Source: an uncultured Rivularia sp.
GTDB lineage: Bacteria > Cyanobacteriota > Cyanobacteriia > Cyanobacteriales > Nostocaceae
Length of the DNA stretch: 64,000 nt
Direction of reading: 5' to 3'
Assembly (NCBI GenBank): GCA_963665115.1
Contig: OY762007.1
Coordinates: forward strand, 2,784,001 to 2,848,000
The notes beneath the pieces were generated by a model. The model worked only from the letters and a program-made list of their open reading frames with translations, was not told the origin of the DNA and did not search any database. Below, in pieces: positions 45,412-56,209 of the stretch. The position numbers were made by a program, and so were the translations under genes. Each line of letters begins with the position of its first letter. Position 1 is the stretch's first letter.

Positions 45412-45696
45412 GGGAATTGGTAATGGGTAATGGGTAATTGGGTAATTGGGAATTGGGAATTGGGAATTGGGAATTGGTAATTGGTAATTGGTAATTGGGG
45501 ATTGGGGATTGGTAATTGGTAATTGGTAATTGGTAATTGGTAATTGAGAGTATTAACTTTAAGTAGTGCGAGCATCTTGCTCGCTGGTCATAAATAGCGA
45601 GCAAGATGCTCGCACTACTAACCCCTTGTCTCCCCCTCTCCCCCTCTCCCCCTCTCCCCCTCTCCCCACGCCCAATCCCCAATTCCCAATTCCCAT
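45412..45696. repeat. STRR arrays plus inverted REP-like pair
   Basis: (GGTAATT/GGGAATT)n, GTAGTGCGAGCATCTTGCTCGCT...AGCGAGCAAGATGCTCGCACTAC, (TCCCCCTC)n. Confidence 0.85.
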
Positions 45697-45783
45697 TCTT
45701 AAAAGTTTCACAAAATAAAAAGCAAAATCTTGATATCGGCGCTATTGTTATCCCAGAAGTGAGCGAGATTGTAAAGCAAGTTG

Positions 45784-46506
45784 ATGACTAAAAAAGTTGA
45801 AGTATTAGCGGATAAGAAGGCGCTGGTAGAACGGGCGCTTTCTTTAATTTTATCGAAAGTAGAACCATGCATTCAACAACGCGGACGTTTCACTATTGCG
45901 TTGTCTGGTGGTAGCACTCCTAAACCTTTGTATGAAGCATTGGGTAAACAACAACTGCCTTGGGATAAAATTCATGTGCTGTGGGGAGATGAGCGTTATG
46001 TTGCAGCAGATCATCCCGATAGCAATCAGTTGATGGCGCGTAGTGCGTGGTTGGATAAAGTTGATATTCCAGCAGAAAATATCCACGCAATGCCTACCGA
46101 TGCACCTAACCCCGCAGATGCTGCGGCACAGTACGAACAAGAATTACAGAAATTGTTTGATGCAAAGCAAGGTGAATTTCCGGCAATTGATGTTATTTTG
46201 CTGGGAATGGGCGATGATGCTCATACCGCGTCTTTGTTTCCTAACACAGAGGCATTGAAAGTTACCGATAAGCTAGTTACAGTAGGCAACAAAGACAGTT
46301 CGGTGCGTTTAACTTTCACTTATCCATTTATTAACGCTGCTGAATGCGTGATATTTTTGGTTGCCGGTGAAAATAAAAGACCAGCTTTAGCCCAAGTTTT
46401 CGCACCAACAGCATCTGAAACTACTTACCCTTCTCGTTTGATTCAACCACAAAAAGAACTTTGGTGGCTTTTTGATGAAGCTGCTGGTGCGGAAATCAAA
46501 GTTTAA
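45784..46506 (+). CDS. pgl: 6-phosphogluconolactonase (devB)
   Basis: ALSGGSTP, WGDERYV, SN, LLGMGDDAHTASLFP, RLTFT. Confidence 0.95.
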   Translation: MTKKVEVLADKKALVERALSLILSKVEPCIQQRGRFTIALSGGSTPKPLYEALGKQQLPWDKIHVLWGDERYVAADHPDSNQLMARSAWLDKVDIPAENIHAMPTDAPNPADAAAQYEQELQKLFDAKQGEFPAIDVILLGMGDDAHTASLFPNTEALKVTDKLVTVGNKDSSVRLTFTYPFINAAECVIFLVAGENKRPALAQVFAPTASETTYPSRLIQPQKELWWLFDEAAGAEIKV

Positions 46507-46603
46507 CTGCGAAATTGTAAGTAATTGTTAAAATCAGAAGCGACTGATGCTCGTCTGCTTGCCAGCACTCTTTTACGATGAACTTGAAAAAAGGTTTAAT
46601 TCC

Positions 46604-47560
46604 ATGATTGTTTGCCCTAACTGCAATCATCCCAACCCAGATGGCGCTGTCCAATGCGAAGCTTGCTACACCCCCCTACCGGCAACTACTAGCTGTCCGG
46701 GCTGTGGGGCAACCGTGCAGGCAGATGCGTCTTTTTGCGGACAGTGTGGTTATAATTTACGCTCCTCTCCTTCGGGGGTAGAGCCAACCGTTGCACCAGA
46801 TACTCCAGTAGAAGTGCCGCCTTTAGGCGATCCACCAACTGCTAACTTAAACCCTGCCGAAGCTTCTTCTTTGCCACCAACAGCAGTAGCAATGCCTCAA
46901 GGATTGGGAACTCCTTCCACTGAAGGTAGCCCTAGCCCTCCACCGACGATGCCTTCCGAACCTGTAAGTGGAGAACAAGAAATAGCAACTCCACCTCCAG
47001 CGGTTACACCACCTCCGGTAAACGTTGCCGAACCTGCACCTGCTTCAGAAGAAGAGGAAGAAGCTTCTTTCTTTGAGGCATTACCAGATTTAACAATAGA
47101 ACCGGAAACTGCAACAGAGCCGGAAGTTGCATCTGCACCCGAACCAGAACCAGAACCCGTTGCCGTTCCCGCACCCGCACCCGCACCTGCACCGGCAGCA
47201 AGCCCTTCTCCATCTAGAACTCAATTACAGCAGGTAAGCGCTCGTTTAGTTCACATGAAAAGTGATACACAAATCGAATTACCGCAAAACCTTTCTGTAA
47301 TTCATATCGGCAAAGCAAACGATCGAGTTCCCCCCGATATTGATATTTCTGGATTTGAGAATTCGGAAGTTGTGTCGCGGATTCATTCCGATATTCGAGT
47401 TGAAGGTGATGCTTATTACATAGAAGATGTGGGAAGTTCTAACGGTACCTACGTTAATGGAATGTCCTTGCTACCGGGGAATCGCCACCGCTTGCGACCG
47501 GGCGATCGCATAAGTATGGGTAAAGGAGATTTGGTAAGTTTCTTATTCCAAATTTCTTAG
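46604..47560 (+). CDS. fraH: Double zinc-ribbon, Pro-rich, FHA-domain protein (FraH)
   Basis: Four CxxC pairs, Pro-rich linker, FHA (IGK..VSRIH..SSNGTYVN); directly downstream of devB/pgl as in Anabaena. Confidence 0.82.
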   Translation: MIVCPNCNHPNPDGAVQCEACYTPLPATTSCPGCGATVQADASFCGQCGYNLRSSPSGVEPTVAPDTPVEVPPLGDPPTANLNPAEASSLPPTAVAMPQGLGTPSTEGSPSPPPTMPSEPVSGEQEIATPPPAVTPPPVNVAEPAPASEEEEEASFFEALPDLTIEPETATEPEVASAPEPEPEPVAVPAPAPAPAPAASPSPSRTQLQQVSARLVHMKSDTQIELPQNLSVIHIGKANDRVPPDIDISGFENSEVVSRIHSDIRVEGDAYYIEDVGSSNGTYVNGMSLLPGNRHRLRPGDRISMGKGDLVSFLFQIS

Positions 47561-47659
47561 GTAAGCTATGTAATTTCACGCTGTTTATAATTTGAATTAT
47601 TTCTCGACTTGCAAATGTGGAATTAGAGAAACAGTCAAAAATTAGTAAAGATTAACTTT

Positions 47660-47689
47660 AACCCCTCTCTGGTTCTCGAGAGGGGTTTT
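47660..47689 (+). terminator. Intrinsic terminator after fraH
   Basis: AACCCCTCTC-loop-GAGAGGGGTTTT. Confidence 0.7.
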
Positions 47690-47733
47690 GCATTTTTTTA
47701 TATTTGTTTTTATATTTGAAATATTCTAAATAC

Positions 47734-47863
47734 TAAGCTGCTACGCATTTAATTTGTATAGTAATAGCGAGCAAGATGCTTGTCCCTGGCGGACACGCTG
47801 CGAAGGCAGCACTACAACCTTTTCAAATTTTCCCATTATCCTATTTAGCTGCACATCAGCTTA
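47734..47863. mobile_element. MITE-like repeat, copy 3
   Basis: TAAGCTGCTACGCATTTAATTTGTATA...TTTAGCTGCACATCAGCTTA. Confidence 0.7.
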
Positions 47864-48068
47864 CTATTCCACCACGTTGATTTGACTGGGTAATAATAGA
47901 GCCGAGAAGGGATTAGAAAATATTAGAAAAAGCCGATTAACCTTATTCAACGCGGCAAAGCATCATCTCAAGGACGCAATTGTTACAAACATCACCTATG
48001 ATTTTTGGTAGATGGAATCTCCAGGATAATGTTGTATCCTTATGCGTGTTTGTAACCAGGTGAATGCG

Positions 48069-48524
48069 ATGAAATTTCTACTCAGTGGTGTAATTGTTAC
48101 TTTGGGGCTGTTACCAATGACTGTACAAGCACAACAGCAATCCTTTAATACTCAAGTTTCAACAATGGTAGAAGCATTACGATTGGCTGCACCAAAAACA
48201 GGTTCTGAAAATGATGGATATTACAGCGAATGGCAAGTTAAACCAGAAACTTTGAAAAGTTGGTCAAAATTTTGTTTGAAAAAGGAAGTTTCACCAGCAG
48301 AATTTGAAAAGAATAATCAATTAGCTCGTCAAGTTGTTAGTTGTGTCGTGCAACGAGAGTTAAAAGGACAATTAGAAGCTACCAATAATAATGAAACACA
48401 AGCCGTGCGCGGTACTGCTTGTTGGTGGATGACTGGTGAATACAAAGGCTGCAATAGTGGTTTTACTGCTGATTATGTGAAAAAAGTTTTGGATTATTAT
48501 CAGAAACCGAAAATCAGTACGTAA
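48069..48524 (+). CDS. Secreted conserved hypothetical protein
   Basis: Signal peptide ending VQA; four Cys; YSEWQVKP, ACWWMTG. Confidence 0.8.
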   Translation: MKFLLSGVIVTLGLLPMTVQAQQQSFNTQVSTMVEALRLAAPKTGSENDGYYSEWQVKPETLKSWSKFCLKKEVSPAEFEKNNQLARQVVSCVVQRELKGQLEATNNNETQAVRGTACWWMTGEYKGCNSGFTADYVKKVLDYYQKPKIST

Positions 48525-48911
48525 ATTTTTTTGTTCGTAGTAAGCGATTTATGGCTTTTAATACTTACGCAAAGCTCCCCTTTTTTAGGGGAGCCACTGC
48601 TTTGCTTGCCCGGATTGTAGAGATAGTGGGTGACTCCCCAACCCACCAAATTAGTCAATTAATTAAAACTACTAGCACCTGATTTTATCCTATTAATTTT
48701 TTAGATACATTTTTAATACCTGATTTTATCCCCTGGATACTTTCTTTTAGCCAACACACAATAACTAATATCAAGCAATGAAATAAATTTTTATTGTACA
48801 TAGCTTGATGCAAATCTAGATTTTAAACCATCAATTCTCAGAAATCAATTCAATCGGATATTAGAGCAATTGATACCCTTTGCACAAATCATTTTTTTAG
48901 GATTATATTCC

Positions 48912-49226
48912 ATGATTAATTCAGTTCTACCCAAATTTTCCTTACTTCTAACCTCAACAATTGCTGCGGTTAGCTTCTATGCTGCACCGGGAATAGCTCA
49001 ACCTGCACCTGAATCGCTCTCGCCAAGTAAGGTTGAAAAAAACCAAGATGTACGCGAGATTACGCCATCATTAAACCCTAGTATGGGTACCGTATTGAAA
49101 GCCAAAGATTGTCCAGAAGGTACCTATTTAGTTATGTTTAAAATGCCAATTTATGATGGGCTGTTTGTTGTTGGTCATGAGCTTGTACCTTACTGCATTG
49201 ATGAAAATACCGTTCCTGCTGGCTAG
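48912..49226 (+). CDS. Small secreted hypothetical protein
   Basis: Signal peptide ending GIA; CPEG...C C-terminal hairpin. Confidence 0.6.
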   Translation: MINSVLPKFSLLLTSTIAAVSFYAAPGIAQPAPESLSPSKVEKNQDVREITPSLNPSMGTVLKAKDCPEGTYLVMFKMPIYDGLFVVGHELVPYCIDENTVPAG

Positions 49227-49345
49227 TTATTTGGTTTTTTGAGACATTTACACCACATATTAACCCAATACCAATTCAAAATTTGATGTTGGGTTTTACT
49301 TTGACTTTATCGTTTAGTTAAAAGACCTTAAGAAGAAAGCAATAT

Positions 49346-50047
49346 TCACGATTGTAGTATCAGTGTGTTATCTCTTACCTGAATTAATTTCAATTTTTTG
49401 ATAATGGGATTTGCTTCTTTTCTAATTTGTTCTCTCATTGATTGCAATGGTTTTCGACTATCAATAGTTTGGGAACCAAGAATAAAATAAATAATATCAG
49501 ATGAAAACCCTCTTAGATGAAGTTGATATTCGGAATTCTCAATATTTTTGTGGAATGTCCTAATAATTCTATAATATTCAAGGATCTGACCATTTTTAAT
49601 TTCAAATTTAACTGCTTTTTTAGTAATCAGGGGATTATTTGATGAAAAAAATAAAAAAGGCAATATTTCTGAAATAATAATTTCGTTATTTTGAATATCA
49701 AAATACTTGAATCCTTCCAAAATTTTATTTTTGATGGGTCTTCTTAAATATTCCAGATAAATTTCTACATAAAGTATATTGATATCTTCAGCAGATAAAA
49801 CTAATTCTACACTTCTGTCAAAACGAGCAGCCGTATTAAAATCGATTACACGTCCTCTAACTTCTGGATATTTATCCGCATTTATTTGTTTTATTTCAGT
49901 TGTAATTCCTAAATCGGAATCAACCTTATTACCAATAAATATTAAAGCTAATAAATTATCGCAAAACCATCGTAATGTAGTAAAGCTTGGTATCGATATA
50001 GTAATAGTTATATTTGGGAGTGACATCTTTTTGAAACAATTTATCAT
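49346..50047 (-). CDS. Hypothetical protein
   Basis: 233-aa ORF in very AT-rich DNA; no recognised motif. Confidence 0.5.
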   Translation of the reverse strand: MINCFKKMSLPNITITISIPSFTTLRWFCDNLLALIFIGNKVDSDLGITTEIKQINADKYPEVRGRVIDFNTAARFDRSVELVLSAEDINILYVEIYLEYLRRPIKNKILEGFKYFDIQNNEIIISEILPFLFFSSNNPLITKKAVKFEIKNGQILEYYRIIRTFHKNIENSEYQLHLRGFSSDIIYFILGSQTIDSRKPLQSMREQIRKEANPIIKKLKLIQVRDNTLILQS

Positions 50048-50549
50048 ATTTTCAATTCACATAGCTTGAATTTTTTAGATCGACTTACTCAAATAACTTA
50101 TCCAGTCCATTTTAATTCACATCTTGCACCAGTGTTAGAAACCCGGTTTCTTGCTCGTCGCACAACGCAATAATCATGGTTTCATCAACAGAAACCGGGT
50201 TTCTTCAAGCTTGTTGAGAATGGTGCAAGAAGTCAGTTTTAATGGACTTATGCTATTAGCCTGGGAATTACATATGACGATGGGTATGAACGAAATATCA
50301 CAATTTTTAATCACGCCAAAATGTTGGGTTAAAGGCGCAATTTCACTTTCTATAAATCATAAATATTATTAGTGCGCCTTTAACCCAACCTACAAAGTTA
50401 ATTAGTAATTGATAATTAATTCATCGTTAATTCACAGCTTCATAGTGCGTGACGCTACAAAATTATTTGTTTAATTTGATAATTATAATTTGCGTCACAC
50501 ACCCTACAATTTGATAATTGATAATTGATAATTGATAACTGCTCACTGC

Positions 50550-52811
50550 TCACTGCTCACTGTCAACTCCCACACAAGCATTCACTAAAGGCAACAACGA
50601 ACCAAGCTGCTCTTGCCCATTTACCGCTAATTCGCTGTGACACAAGTAAATCTTGTCGGAAACTCTAGCTAATAAATCGGCGATAATCCTTTCCAATCGC
50701 TCGTCTTCTGCTAATTTCTCATCTTCAGCATCCCAAGGTTGGGCAAATCTATCTTGTAGAAAGAACATCGAACCAAATAATGTTGCTGCACCTCCTTTAT
50801 TCCACAATGGTGAGCCTGCATCTAACCAAAAATGCCAGCGATGGGAACGACGTAGGGAACGGTATTGAAATATTGTGGCTAATGTTACCGCGTTCGCTAA
50901 GGTGCCGATGGGGCGTATGGGATAAGGGCTGGCGGTGACGGTTCCCTGTCGCAGCAATGCAATAAATTCTGTAATGGTTTTTGTTTTATTTTGCTGCTGT
51001 ACTACTTTACTTTCTCCTTCTACCGAAGACTGCAAAGCATCAAAGTTAATTTGACTATAGTTATACTGACTTAATCTAGTATCAATTTCCCAGTAATGTT
51101 GAGCGGTTTCTAGTAATTGCCGCAATATTGCAAGTTGTTCGTAGCTAGAGTCGCTAACGTCTGACATGAAATCTTCAATGGCGTTATATAAGAAGAAAAC
51201 TGGATTGGGAATTTGACGCTTTTCATATCTTAAACGCTGTCTTTCCAACCACTCCAATATCTTTCCATAAGCGGTTGTGGCACCGTAACCCAATCTATCC
51301 CATCTTTCAAATGTATCTACTGTTAGTAAGTTGGGGTTTTCTGGGTGGGGTTCAAAACAATAATCTGCGATTAATCCAGCGCGTACTGGATCGATAAAAT
51401 AGTTGTTGTCGGATTTACTACTCAATACCACTAACATTTCTGCAATCGCATCTCTATCTACTAAACGCCCCAAACCTGGATAAACTAAAGTTATCAAAGT
51501 TAGTAAAGCACGAACAAGCGGGGAGCCAATTAAAGGACGTTTATCTTGCAGCGAATCAACCGGAATGCCTGCCTTACTCAAAATTCCGATCAAAGAATAA
51601 CGCGCGATCGCATCTAAACCGGGAGCAATTATAGCTATTTCTCTGGGCTGTACTATCCCGGATTTGACTGTTTCAATTATCGTCTCTGCCGTTTCTTGCA
51701 ATAATGAAGCGCGGGAAGTGGTTTGAATTGACTGTACCGCAGAAGGCAAACTTAAAAGCGTCATTGGCTGCGTTACCAGTTGCGTCATTGAGCTTGCGAG
51801 CATATCGGATAAAGATAAAATAGGCGGTTGAGTCAAAGTTTCCCTCTGACAATATTCTGCTAACCCTTCCATATGATCTGGATCTGCTCCCAATCCCAAA
51901 CGCACTATACCGTCGGGGTTATAGCTAAAAGCTCCCATACCACCATCAATAATTAACTCGAATAATTGACGCATCAACGCTGGATAATCCTGTACGTCAT
52001 CGGCTAAAACTGCTTGATAGCGTTTTTTAAGTCGTGAAACATAATTATTATCCGATAATAAATATTGACCGTAAAGTTCGGTAATAATGCCGTAAGTTAA
52101 AAAACCTTTGTCTAAACACCATTTACGCCAATCTAATAACAAAGAGCCGACCATATCTGGCTCTAAATTAGTAAAATTATCTTGTTGCGATACTACTTTT
52201 GTTAAAACTTGAGCAATATCTTCGCATGGTGTTCCACTTAAAGCTGCTAATTGCAGTAAATCAAGGATACGGCGTACTAAACGAGACTGATTCATCCCGA
52301 CACTACGCAAAATTTCTTCATCCAATCGAGAATGCCACAGTTTAGTTGCTAATTCCTGTTCGGTTTCCGGACGCAATCTTACCGGAAATTGTGCTTTTAT
52401 TTTCAAGGATTCTGTCAAAAGGGGCCAAAATAATATCACCTCATCTTGAAAAAAACCTAAAGGAGTTTTCGCTATCAAGGGATATTTTCCCCAAGTAGCG
52501 GTAACAATTTTATCTGCTAATTCCCGGCGATTATCTCCATTAGCAGCAAATACTAAAACTCCGAGTTCATTATGTTGTGGATAAAGGCTTTTTGGTATGC
52601 TAGGACTATTTTTTTTCGGTGGGTTATCGGTATAAAATATTTCTTGATGACCATTGCGATCGTCCACCCAAATACAAAATTGCTGCACCAAACGTTCCGT
52701 TTTACCACTACGGCTAGGACCTACAATCCAAAGAGAATGATTTAGCACAAACCGTCTCCCAATGATTTTGTTAAGATATCGAACAGCGTTAACGTCTCTT
52801 TTAAGAACCAC
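50550..52811 (-). CDS. Cyanobacterial UvrD/SF1-helicase-like P-loop protein
   Basis: GPSRSGKT Walker A-like, VLADDVQD Walker B-like, EIAIIAP; true start probably GTG near 52748. Confidence 0.75.
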   Translation of the reverse strand: MVLKRDVNAVRYLNKIIGRRFVLNHSLWIVGPSRSGKTERLVQQFCIWVDDRNGHQEIFYTDNPPKKNSPSIPKSLYPQHNELGVLVFAANGDNRRELADKIVTATWGKYPLIAKTPLGFFQDEVILFWPLLTESLKIKAQFPVRLRPETEQELATKLWHSRLDEEILRSVGMNQSRLVRRILDLLQLAALSGTPCEDIAQVLTKVVSQQDNFTNLEPDMVGSLLLDWRKWCLDKGFLTYGIITELYGQYLLSDNNYVSRLKKRYQAVLADDVQDYPALMRQLFELIIDGGMGAFSYNPDGIVRLGLGADPDHMEGLAEYCQRETLTQPPILSLSDMLASSMTQLVTQPMTLLSLPSAVQSIQTTSRASLLQETAETIIETVKSGIVQPREIAIIAPGLDAIARYSLIGILSKAGIPVDSLQDKRPLIGSPLVRALLTLITLVYPGLGRLVDRDAIAEMLVVLSSKSDNNYFIDPVRAGLIADYCFEPHPENPNLLTVDTFERWDRLGYGATTAYGKILEWLERQRLRYEKRQIPNPVFFLYNAIEDFMSDVSDSSYEQLAILRQLLETAQHYWEIDTRLSQYNYSQINFDALQSSVEGESKVVQQQNKTKTITEFIALLRQGTVTASPYPIRPIGTLANAVTLATIFQYRSLRRSHRWHFWLDAGSPLWNKGGAATLFGSMFFLQDRFAQPWDAEDEKLAEDERLERIIADLLARVSDKIYLCHSELAVNGQEQLGSLLPLVNACVGVDSEQ

Positions 52812-52845
52812 TAAAAAGCTAAATAATTACTTGAAATGAATTAAA

Positions 52846-54216
52846 ATGAAAAACTTTGCCGTTAGCCAACAAATTTACTCATATTTAGTAAAAGCTTATC
52901 AGTGGTACTTACGAACCCAGCAACGTTCTTTGGATGAAGCTTATAAAGCAGCATTACAAATTAAAGCAATAGAAGATGAACATTTTAATGGTAAAAAAAT
53001 AGAAATTAATTCGGTGGTTTATAGCAGCAGTGTAATAGACTATTTTGAGTCAGACCTCAAAAAACTTTTAAGAATTGTCAGAATGAGGTTGACGGAGTTT
53101 AAAGCCACTCGTTATTTGCTAAGCGAATCAAATATAAAAGAGATAAATAAATTTGATGTTGAATATCCTAGCTCAGAATTGATTTTAGAAAAATTAAAAT
53201 TCATCGACACAATAGTTGCTAAATATACTACATCTTTTTTAGAAGAAATTTCCTCCCAATCCGATACAGTTGAATTTCCCGAAAAAATTTCCGATGAAGC
53301 TTCCAATCAAGCTTCTAAAATTATACCAAGAATTGAATCAGAAGTAGTTCAAGCAAAAACTGAAGATGCAGCAAAAAATAGATCGCCTAACCAGCCAAAA
53401 GGTAAGGTAAATACCACAGGAGTATTGCCTCGTTCTATTTTCAATACATTCAATCGTTTACAAGTTGAATTAGATCCAAATGCCGAACAAGATATTGTAG
53501 ATAAATTCCGTCAGTCTCAAAGAAGAACTATTATATCAGTTCGATTTTTATTATTACTAATTATCATACCTATTTTAACTCACCAATTATCGAAAGCTCT
53601 TTTAGTTAGTCCAATCGTCGATCGTTTTAGAGGTAGCGAAGATTCTCAATTATTTATTAATTATGAAATGGAAGAAGAAGCGCTATTAGAATTAGAAAGG
53701 TTTGAAGAAAAAATCAAGTTTCAAGCTTTAATTAATAGTACACCTTCACTTTCTCCGCGAGAACTAGAAGAACAAATAGAAGAAGAAGTAAAAGTAAAAG
53801 CATTTGAAATTGCCGAAGAATACCGGATTATGAGCGGCAATGCAATAAAAAATGTTTTCGCCGATATAATTTCTGTAATTGTGTTTGTATGCTTTTTGAG
53901 ATTTAGCAAGCAACAAATTGCTGTTTTAAAAGAATTTTTTGATTATGTCGTGTATGGTTTAAGCGATAGCGCCAAGGCATTTATTATTATTCTATTTACC
54001 GACATATTTGTAGGATTCCACTCTCCTCACGGTTGGGAAGTAATTTTAGAAGGAGTATCGCGTCATTGGGGTTTACCAGCCAATCACGAATTTATCTTCT
54101 TATTTATTGCCACATTCCCAGTAATTCTAGATACCATTTTCAAATACTGGATTTTCCGCTACCTCAACCGTATTTCTCCTTCTGCGGTTGCGACTTATCG
54201 TAATATGAATGAATAA
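52846..54216 (+). CDS. pxcA: Proton extrusion protein PxcA (CemA family)
   Basis: RSLDEAYKAAL.IK.IEDEHF; LSDSAKAF, FVGFHSPHGWE, FPVILDT.FKYWIF. Confidence 0.95.
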   Translation: MKNFAVSQQIYSYLVKAYQWYLRTQQRSLDEAYKAALQIKAIEDEHFNGKKIEINSVVYSSSVIDYFESDLKKLLRIVRMRLTEFKATRYLLSESNIKEINKFDVEYPSSELILEKLKFIDTIVAKYTTSFLEEISSQSDTVEFPEKISDEASNQASKIIPRIESEVVQAKTEDAAKNRSPNQPKGKVNTTGVLPRSIFNTFNRLQVELDPNAEQDIVDKFRQSQRRTIISVRFLLLLIIIPILTHQLSKALLVSPIVDRFRGSEDSQLFINYEMEEEALLELERFEEKIKFQALINSTPSLSPRELEEQIEEEVKVKAFEIAEEYRIMSGNAIKNVFADIISVIVFVCFLRFSKQQIAVLKEFFDYVVYGLSDSAKAFIIILFTDIFVGFHSPHGWEVILEGVSRHWGLPANHEFIFLFIATFPVILDTIFKYWIFRYLNRISPSAVATYRNMNE

Positions 54217-54406
54217 TTTGGGAATTGGGCATGGGGGATTGGGAATTGTTTATTGATGGCTGAATTTTCTAAGATTTTGATGAAATTCTTTTGAGAGCGC
54301 TTTTTCTTACGAATTACTCATTAACAATTACCTATTAACAAGAAAATCTGTGTTTAATACGATAGAATTTTGAGAAATATTGAATTTTAAGCATTCGAGG
54401 ACATTT

Positions 54407-55967
54407 ATGTTCCAAGATATTGCGGCTCGGATTACTTTTCCTTCCTCATCTCTAAATTTAGTTACAGTCTTAGGTGTTACCAGCACAGCAGGAATACTTG
54501 GTTGGCGATGGTGGAAACACAAAAATTATTATAAATCTCTACATTCACTTCCTTCTCCTCCCAAACATTGGCTGTTAGGAAATATTCCTCAATTGTTAGC
54601 AGCAGTCAAGCAAAGGAAAGTATTTAAATTAATATTTGACTGGAGCCAGCAACTAGGGGCCAATGTACGTTTACTGGAGAGGTAGTAAACCAGTTGTTGT
54701 GTTGAGTAAGCCAAAAGTAATTGAAGACACCATCATTAATGGAATGCGAGATGGTAGCTTAGTTAGATTCGAGTCAATTAGCGAAGCTTGGAACGATATC
54801 GGTGGCCCAATTCTTTTAGGACAACAAGGATCTGAGTGGCAGTGGCGACGCAAAGCTTGGAATCCCGAATTCAGTTCTAGCAATCTCTCTAAATATGTGG
54901 AAATTATCAACCAAGCTTGCGAACAAGTGGTTGAGGAAATTCAGGAAGCTGAACTATCACAAGAGATTCGAGTAGATCCTGTTTTTGTAGAATTGACTAT
55001 GAGGGTTATTTGTTGTCTAGTTTTTGGGGTTCCTGTTAACCCAAAAAAACCTACTCTTGAAGGACCACCCCTCAACGTTGCGAAGCTATACGATGCCATA
55101 TCTGTTTTAAGCTATCGCTTTTTAAAGGCAGCTGTTGGTCAAAATAAATCGATAACATTTCTGCCAAATAAAGATTCACAAGCTTATTCTACTGCAAGGC
55201 AATGTATTAATGAATTTATCGCTCCTCGTGTAGATTTAGCTTTACAGATGAGAGAACAAAACAACACCGTAAAAGAAAATGTCAGTTCTTTGTTCCAAGA
55301 ATCAATGTTAGTAAAAATAGCTGCCAAAGAACCAAAATACAATCGAGAATCATTGATTGGAGAAGCTATTGAACTTTTACTAGCTGGTACTGACACGACA
55401 GCCCATACTTTATCTTTTGCAGTAGCAGAACTGTCTTTAAATCCAAGGGTTTTCCAGCAGGCACGGAGCGTTGTCGATCGAGTTTGGCAAAATCAAGGTG
55501 CTATCAGTATCGAAAACTTCAAGGAATTAAGTTATATCAGCGCTATTATCAAGGAAACTTTACGGCTTTATTCCGTTGCTTCCGGCTCAACTCCATTAGA
55601 GGCTAAACGAGAAACGGTTATTGACGGACAGGTGATTCCTGCGGGTACAGGAATATCATGGTCAATGCTTGCTGCTGGTAGAGATCCAGAAGTTTATTCT
55701 CCCAATCCTGAACAATTCATGCCGGAACGGTGGCTAGACAAAACGAAGGAAACTAGTCAACTGCCAATGATACATTTTGGTTCTGGTTCTCATCGTTGCT
55801 TGGGAGAGCATCTATCTATGTTAGAAGCAACCGTAATGCTCTCACTATTACTGCATCACTTTGACTGGGAATTAGTCAAAGGACGTTCATCTGTAGAAGA
55901 TTTACAGCAGAACATTTTGATTTATCCTGCCGATGGAATGCCAGTCCGCTTTGAATCGAGAAAATGA
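54407..55967 (+). CDS. Cytochrome P450 with N-terminal membrane anchor (apparent +1 frameshift at 54656-54659)
   Basis: AGTDTT, ETLR, PERW, FGSGSHRCLG; removing one base joins QQLG-PMYVYW. Confidence 0.92.
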
Positions 55968-56209
55968 GATCGCAACCACCTTGTAAGCCGGAGGCTTTCT
56001 AGCCCGCACGCGACCCGGGAACGCAGAGAAATCAATTTCAAGGCTAATAAACCAAGTACGTTAAAACGTACTAAAAGCCTTATTTAGTCGTCTGAAGACT
56101 ACTTTGTTTGCTCGGGGTTCCTATTTATTCCAAGGCGGTTATTAATAAAGATGTAAGATGTTAGTTTAAAATAACTTTTAATTTGTAATTTTCTACACTC
56201 AATTGACAA

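Noticed and set aside
50151..50372. 73-aa ORF
   Set aside because: Overlaps AGAAACCCGGTTTCT palindromes and MITE-like inverted repeats
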